64,000 bases of DNA from Vezdaea acicularis. Lineage: Eukaryota. Location of the stretch: assembly GCA_026025075.1 (NCBI GenBank), contig JAPEUI010000004.1:124001-188000 (forward strand). The letters are read 5' to 3'. Each line of letters begins with the position of its first letter. The stretch's first letter is position 1. Below the pieces are notes generated by a model, which ran no database searches, had not been told where the DNA came from, and saw only the letters and a program-made list of their open reading frames with translations. Below are positions 56,276-64,000 of this stretch, piece after piece. A program made the position numbers and the translations under genes.

Positions 56276-58724
56276 ATGCAATCTACCGTCAATATGTACA
56301 ACGCGCACCGTGGAATGGTGCCAACAAACACCAGCACCAGACTGACGGAATTATTGGACCAAGTTCGCGCTGAATTTGAAAATCAGGGAGCTCGAGGGGC
56401 TGACTATGAGCATCAATGTTAGTACGACATATTTTTTTTCAATGCCGGGCATGGGCTGCCAACACACCAGTGAACCTCCCTATACGCGCTGGACTACTTA
56501 TTTGATACGGATTTTAGCTGCTAACATGTTTACCACACGTAGTGTCAAATCAATTGCAGGAGATGGAGATCGTGAGACAGAAGCTGCACCAGCTCGAGCA
56601 GACCCAGCTTGCAATTAAGCAGAGGTGTGCGCATCCTGAGGAAATAACTCAATCAAACACCTAGTTGATGCTAATGTCATGTATTCAAGGTATGATGAAG
56701 ACGTTGCCCGATTACATAGGGAACTAGCTGAAGCACGTGGGGCTCCATCACAACCTCCACATCTAGGCGGACCTCCACATAGTGTTGGCCCGTCACAAGC
56801 TCCACCTCCTAATATTGGCCAAGGAGGCAACAATCTATTTGGTCCCATCATGACCAACGGCGTCGGCGGTGGGGCGGGGCTCGCACCCCCACAAGAAGCA
56901 CAACATCACCCAGCAAACCAGATGCCTCAGCCTCAACCACCTCCTGTTCTTCAACCACCGGGGCCTCCTCATCCTCCACAGTTTCCAAGCTATCAGTCAG
57001 CACCTGCACCCACGACAGGTTATCCTCCTCAACCTCCTCAGTCTCCTGGTCCGGGCAAACGTGGGGCCCCACGAGGAGGACAAGCCCCTGGTCCAGCCAC
57101 TCCACAGCAGCCTGCTGCATACAACGATATAAGGGCATCTCCACATGTGACACGGCCTACCCCTCCACCACAGCATGCTCAGGGCGTCAACGTAGGCAAT
57201 AAGCTTGCCGATCTCGACGCCGAGCGTATGCCAGACACTCGCAAAAAGGAAGGCAATGACTGGTATGCAGTCTTCAACCCTCGTGTACAGCGCGTCCTCG
57301 ACGTGGATTTAGTGCATAATCTTAGCCACGAAAGCGTTGTCTGCTGTGTGAGGTTCAGCCGTGATGGGAGATATGTGGCGACCGGGTGCAACAAAACGGC
57401 TCAGATTTACGATGTTCGTACCGGTAGCAAGGTCTGTGTCCTTGAGGACAAAAACGTTGAGGAGAAGGGCGACCTTTACATTCGTAGCGTTTGCTTCAGC
57501 CCCGATGGTCGATACTTAGCTACAGGTGCAGAGGATAAATTGATAAGAGTGAGTGAGCTGAACAGGCCGCTGTTGTTTTGGACTACGCTGACAAGGCCTC
57601 ATTCAAAAAGGTTTGGGACATCGGAGAGGGAACAATCAAACAGACATTTGCTGGACATGAGCAGGACATCTACTCCTTGGATTTCGCCCAGACCGGCCGC
57701 ATAATTGCATCCGGTAGCGGGGATCGGTCCGTTCGACTTTGGGATGTTGAGCGTGGAGTTCAGACTCTCGTCCTCACCATCGAGGATGGCGTGACGACTG
57801 TGGCCATCTCTCATGACGCGCGGTACGTCGCAGCCGGATCACTCGACAAGAGTGTCCGAGTCTGGGACACCGAGACTGGCTTCCTCGTTGAACGCCTGGA
57901 AGGTCCCCGGGGCCACAAGGATAGCGTCTACTCCGTTGCCTTCTCACCCAATGGACGAGAGTTGGTCAGTGGAAGTCTGGACAAGACGATCAAGCTGTGG
58001 GAGTTTGCACCAAACCGAGCACGAGAAGCTCCCCAGGGTGGGAAATGCATTCGAACATTTGAGGGTCACAAGGTCAGTCTCGAGAGGGCCGATTGTTCAC
58101 CAAGACCCAACGAAAAACAATGACATCCAGAGATGATAGCTAACGGATTGCCTCTAGGACTTTGTCTTGAGTGTCGCCCTTACGCAAGACAGTCGATGGG
58201 TTCTCAGCGGATCTAAGGACCGAGGCGTACAGTTCTGGGATCCCCTCACGGGCGACGCTCAGCTCATGCTTCAAGGGCATAAGAACTCCGGTATGTCCCC
58301 CTCTGACGAGCATCAGGCATGCCCCTTTGGTGGCGGTGCCATTCTGCCAGACGACCTCCATGACCCATTTTCTGACATGAATCGGATGCGTAGTGATCTC
58401 CGTCGCACCCAGCCCGACGGGCGAGTACTTTGCAACCGGCAGCGGCGACCAGCGAGCCCGTATTTGGAGGTAGGTCACGTCCGGTGTTGAGACTGCGTGG
58501 ACGCCTCATTCGGCCGACCCGATCGCACTTTCCCCTCCCGGAGGGTGTGTATCTGCTGCGTTGGCCGGCGGAGGTCCCCCCACGCCGCTCTGGCACACCC
58601 CCACCGCGACGCCAAGTCGAAAATTTTCACTCGTGCCCCATGATCGCTTGATCTCATCTCTGCTGCATCTCGGACGCTAACTTGGGGATTGCATAGTTAC
58701 TCGGCGTACCGCGGGCCTCAATAG
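56276..58724 (+). CDS. TUP1: Tup1/RcoA WD40 transcriptional co-repressor, multi-exon
   Basis: Tup_[15 protein letters not shown]...YDEDVARL, then a Pro/Gln linker. WD40 repeats [55 protein letters not shown] and LQGHKNSVISVA. In-frame ATGs at 56276 and 56294. Last exon 58697-58724. Confidence 0.96.
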
Positions 58725-61700
58725 GGGAGCGCCCCTCTCGAACGTCTGGAGTGGTGGCGCATGGTGGGGGAAGGTTTTCTAGTCCGGGCGTCAATCTCCT
58801 TGGTCGGCGGTCGTATCGCTCTCGTCCCCTCCCGGACGGTCGGAGAGGGGCGCGCAGAAGCAATTCCCGTCCGACCTGTCAGCCGAAGCCTCATTGCGCC
58901 TTCTAGAAGTGTGCACCCCAGCTTTTTCCTTTGATTGCACACCCAATCGCGAACAAGCGTGCGGGCTCGCGGGCTAAATCTGGGTAACGATTTACGAGGG
59001 CGGCATGACCGTGCCTCTGTTTATTTAGGGTCAGTTTTCAGTCAGCAGGAATATGAAAAGTCGAACTACGTGATATGCAGTATCGTACGCTCACTCATGT
59101 GCGGTTGTGCTCTGATAGGGCTTGCCCTCCATCTCCGGTTTCCTACCAGCCAGGGAGGAGGGTCCCGAGGTGCGGGCATATCGACTCCGGCACCCATCAC
59201 GCCGACCAAAGACCTCCACTCGACAGACACGTCCGTCGGTCCTCGTAACTGTACAAATGGAGAGTCGCCGCGATTCCCACGAGCATGTTGTCCAAATGAG
59301 AGGGAGGGGGGCACACGCCCTCCAGCTCGACCTCGTCGACCCGGGTTGTCCCTGCAATGCTGAGGGGCATGATCGCTCGCTTACGCCGACGGTCGTGATG
59401 CTGGAAGCCTGCCAGGTCAGCTCTCTGATCAGTGCGCGGGCCCAGTGCGCAGGCGAGCGCCTGCGGCCGAGCGCGACCGCACGCCAGGTCAGCCTCTTCG
59501 TACCTGCTTCGAGCGTCGTGCAGGCAAGCGTCACCCTCACCGCATCGCTCATCTCGCTGCTACGTTGCAAACTCCACCCATCCACCCCTCCTCCTCCGTC
59601 CACCGCTGCCCCTTCTCCATCTTTCCCTCGCCGACTTTTTTTTTTCTTTCTCTTCGCGCTTACTTCTTTCTTTTCCTTTGGCGTCCGCCCCAGGGCGGCC
59701 GATCTGCGCCCTGTCGTCCTCCACACTCCACACGCCACCATTGCGACAACGCCAGTCCCTGCAGGGCCAGGTCAGTCGACCGCCCCGTGGGGTCGATGAT
59801 ACGAGGATGTCTCCCAATTTGATGCTTTCCGATGCTGCAACCGTTCCCGGGTGGAGCCTCGAGCGCAATCCGTATGTGACCACCCTCTGGTCACCCTTCA
59901 AGCTGTGGGCACTCGACCAGGCGGCACGTCGAGCTCGAGCTCGAGGGCCGGGGCGAAGGCCGCTGCACGACGGATTTGTTGGCTTCCAGCTCAATGGTCG
60001 AAAATCGATCTGATGGCAATCGCCATTGGCTCGGCAGCTTTTTACGGTCGGACGAAACGCCATGCATAGCATGTACGGGGAGCTCGCCGACAATCTGCTG
60101 AGAAAGTCCGATCGGCAAACGAGGGGCTCTGCCTGCATTCGATTGGCTCTTCTCTAACCCCCATGGCCCAAGAGGCTTGTCAAACCCCATTCGCACCACA
60201 TCAAGGCCAGGAAAGAGACGTGCGCTCCCACGTTGTACGCGTCGGCTTCAGACAGATCTTCTCCCAAAATTCGGCCATGAGAGCACGCAACAGGTCCGCG
60301 GCACTCGTTACGTCAGCCTACACGGCTTGTATTTGCGGGTACAAAGATGCCTCTGACGATTTCATGGGAGGATGCTCATTCCCTTAATCAATGAAGTGTC
60401 CTCGATCATTAAGTATCAAAATTGCATCAGTCGTCAACTAGTGCAGGAATAGCGGCAGCAGCCGAGAATATGCCCCTTCAGTCATCTCCACCGCGCCACA
60501 ACTCACCCCCCCGAGCATGGAGCTACTGCCTCACTTTCCATTCCCTCGAGCGGACAACTCGCAGCAGTTCTGTAAAGCTACGTGGGTCGCAGCGCACATT
60601 AAGTTGATGGCAAGCTACGGATCCAAGCGCCCATTGTCGGAACCTGGATTGTGCCACAGTGACTCTGCTCCTGGTATCTGGGGACAACATATCTTGCAGT
60701 GGATGGCAGTAGGCCGGCCTCACGAAAAACATCCTTCGCTACAGGTGAGGTTTGCATGTTTTTTCGGGCCTTGGGCGGAGGTCATAGTCCATCCCAAGAA
60801 GGGGAAGGTGACAGGGGCACTCATCAGTATGTTCTGAAGTATCACCCTCGTCCATTACCAGTATCAATTTCCGCCTGTGGCCAACAGCAAAGCAGACTGG
60901 AGCTGATGCAACGGTACACGTACGCAGGATCCCTCGAGGAACCGAATGATCTACGTCGCAAACAGCTCTATGTACGTGTTGCGAAAGTGCTACTTTTGCA
61001 TGGAGTACGTGTCCGGCCGAGTTCCAACGGCCAGAGTCCAACAGATGAATCCGAATCCAACCTTAGTGCTCGTTTTGGTGTTAGGGTACTACACCTTGTC
61101 TAGCATGGATGGAGATACGACAGCGCGTTCGGTCTAGATCTGACAACGCCTCGAAGCCGTCACCATCGATGGTGGGGGAAATCCATGCCAAGTCCCATGC
61201 TGCTCGGTATCTGGAGGTGCCATTGCCACTGATGATCGTGTTGTGAGGGGGAGAGCGACTGATGCGATTCAAAATGCATGCCTCGTTGCAGCAGGTTACT
61301 TGGTCTGATGACGTTCGCAACGGCGCTGGTCATGCGGTCGTCTTCTTCGTGCACCGGACGGCGACTGTGGCCGACACTATGATCGTGCGGAGGAGATGAC
61401 GAGTGTCAATTGTCAGTTGTCAATTGTGCCAGTCGTTCCATCCAGCGGGCGGACCATGGAGCATGTCCCGTCAGGGCAAGCGCGAAGTTGCGTCTCCTCG
61501 ATTGGCAGGAGACGGAGCGTGATGGCGTCCGGTGGAGGCAAGTGGAGACGGATGCCACCGACGCCGGCGGACGCCCTGGCAGCAGCGCCGTGAGGAAGCG
61601 GGAAAGTCGAAGATCTCGTCCCTGCTCATTCCACCTCCGTCGGTGGAGCAAGAGGCATCAGCCCAATGGCGGCGTCGCGGGGGAGATTGATCGGAGAGAT

Positions 61701-64000
61701 AACGCGCAAGGAAAAGATTTTCCCCGTGCAGCTCAACAGCTGTCCAGACATAGGCCGACGCCCGCACGTCCGTCATCCTGCGCGTCTGGCGGCCTGCATG
61801 GAACCGAATGGGCGGACGCCGCAACATGACTTCATCAGCGGATTGGCGACGGTCCGGCGTGGAGAGGGGGGGCCACTTTAGAGCTCTGGAGCTGCTGGAG
61901 GCTAAAGGGGGGGTGGGGATGGAGATGGCCAGGGAGGGGCAGGGAGGGGCAGGGATGGGGTAGGGATGAGTAGGGACCCGCTAGCGCGGGCTGGCGTGAT
62001 CGCGACCAAGGACCAGGACCAACGACCAAGGCACCATTCGCGAAGCCTGTTCGTCCGCACCTCTCTCTTCTCTTTTCCCTTTTCTCTTCTCCCTGCTCTC
62101 ACTCTACCTGTCCTTCCTCACCATCCGCCTCTTCACTGCCTCGGCCGTCTCGAGCTCGGCTCGCTGATGTCGCGGTACGCCTCGATTCAGCTCCATCATT
62201 CATCTCCCCAATCGCCAGTGTTCACCGGCTCGGCGGCATCGAAGGAGCATATTACTATACGAATACCTCTCTAGTCGGATTTTAGTCGTTGACGAGGCTC
62301 CCAATCCGCGATTAGCGCTGTTGGTCCCCACGGGCGTCGGACCCTGTCTGTCCACCCACATCACGGCGTGTGCACGCAAGCTTTCGCCGCGCTATCACCT
62401 TCCCTGCTCGCCGGCGTCGCACCTCCTCCGCGGTGGGTCAGGGCATCAAGGGGGACTCCTCGACCTGTTGCCTCCGGCCAGGTCCATCGGGGACATTTAC
62501 ATCGTCCGTCATCGTAGGCGGCGCGCTCGTCTCATCCGTCGCTCGGAATCAGTAGGATGATGGTCGGAGAGAGAGGCGTAAGGAGAGGGAGGAGCGCCTG
62601 ATCCGAGCATGATACTGCAAGGATGCTGCCGTGCTTGAGGTCTGTTCACGGTCCTTCGTCCAACGGGGTTGGGCTTCGGTTACGCTGACCCAGATAGGGA
62701 ATCGAGACGGCGCTTGAGCTAAGCGGGTGGGAGCGAAGGGTGCAGGGTGAGCTATCTTAGCGAAGGCGCACACAATGGCCCCGTTCAAACGAAGAGGGAG
62801 ATATCGAACAGGTCCCTGCGACCACGGCTACTGGAATTGGGGACCATCCGCCGCTGACCGTCGTATTCCCACGATGCTTCACGTAATCAACATCAACATC
62901 GACCTCGACCTCGACCCCTCCCCCCAGAGACCGAACCATCGGCGGAGGGATCTCCGTTGCGCGATCATGGCCCATGTAACGGTGGGAGGGGAAGGGCTGC
63001 TGCGCAGGGACAGAGCTCGAGACGAGCGGCAAGGATCAGGCGAAGAAGAAGGTGAAGAGACGGTGGTCTGCCCCTTCCTGTTCAAGCCAGGGTTTGGAGC
63101 AGCAAGCCCTACCCCAGAACAGAGCGCGCCAGCGGCTGAGTATGCCAAGCCAACGGTCCCGCACAAACGCCGCACTGCATTCTCGCCTCTACACCTACGA
63201 TACTCGAAATCTTTTCTCGGCCTCGATAAAGAAGAAAAGAATCCATCCGGCGCGGAGGGGCCTGGCCGATCTTTCACCCCGGCTCAAACGCCTCATCGTC
63301 GCCCCCGTCCGACTGGAGTCCTTGCGAGCTAACCTGGGGAGACGAACGCTTTCGAGTCCGTCCCTCGTCACTAGGGCTTCTGGCTCGAGGGCAGCGGGTT
63401 GCACGTCATGTGACGTGAGAGCGGCGGCGGCGGGCAAGCAGGCGATTATCGACAGGGCGCCAAAGTCATAACGTACAGGAATGGGCTCACGCACTCGCGG
63501 GGGGCGGAGATCCCCCAAGTGGAGGGCGCCAGGGCCCCCCACACTTGTCGAGGTGGCCGAGCGACGGCGGCGCCGAGCAGCCGCTAAGGTCCGTCGCCCG
63601 CTCGCCGGGGAGGGGCGCCCGAGCAGCACGACGACGGTGCCTTCTGACTAGCCCGGCGCGGTGTCTTGGGCCTCTTGTTACGCGACTCGACCGCCCATTT
63701 GAGCTTTGGGACCAGCAGCATCCAATACCACCCGATGCCACCCAATGCCACCCCGCCGGCCGCCGCCGCGATCACTCCGGACGCGCACCCTCCAAGCGTT
63801 ACCAGTTGTGAACTCCCAACTGGCGGACTCGCCGCCTCTGACCACCGCGGACCACTGGCCGCAGGGCATATACCCCAAGCCCCCCCGTTCGCATTTCCGC
63901 TCGCTGCCTCCATGCAGCTAGGGGCTCACCCCCCTCCCTCCTTCCCCTTCCACCCCTCCCCAGCTCTTTTCGCCAGACCCCCCCCCCTCCCCGGTTGTAC

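Noticed and set aside
62775..63332. 185-aa ATG ORF near the window end
   Set aside because: No recognisable domain; it includes simple-repeat translation and overlaps equally long antisense ORFs.

Overview
Intron-rich filamentous-ascomycete (Pezizomycotina-like) nuclear DNA. I support 13 spliced protein-coding genes: a 5'-truncated Sac3/GANP-like gene, a YDR124W/DUF2841-like gene, YCF1, COQ8, MID1, SEC8, STE12, a PH-like conserved fungal protein, RFC4, GSK3, the cap-binding subunit CBP80/STO1, ERG3 and TUP1. Long GC-rich intergenic tracts separate several of them, and most short ORFs in the six-frame track are noise. I recognised no tRNA, rRNA or CRISPR. The most unusual items are: (1) an inverted pair of ~80-bp impala/mimp-like Tc1-mariner MITEs that could act as the ends of a composite element; (2) six SNPMSA[I/V] heptads in Ste12 whose copies are heavily diverged at synonymous sites; (3) a degenerate TALE-like homeodomain inside the Sac3-like protein; (4) an internally deleted DBP2 helicase fragment just downstream of an unrelated gene; (5) an apparent excess of Ste12-type TGAAAC cores upstream of STE12. 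All gene identities and splice sites were assigned by eye from motif recall, not from database searches.
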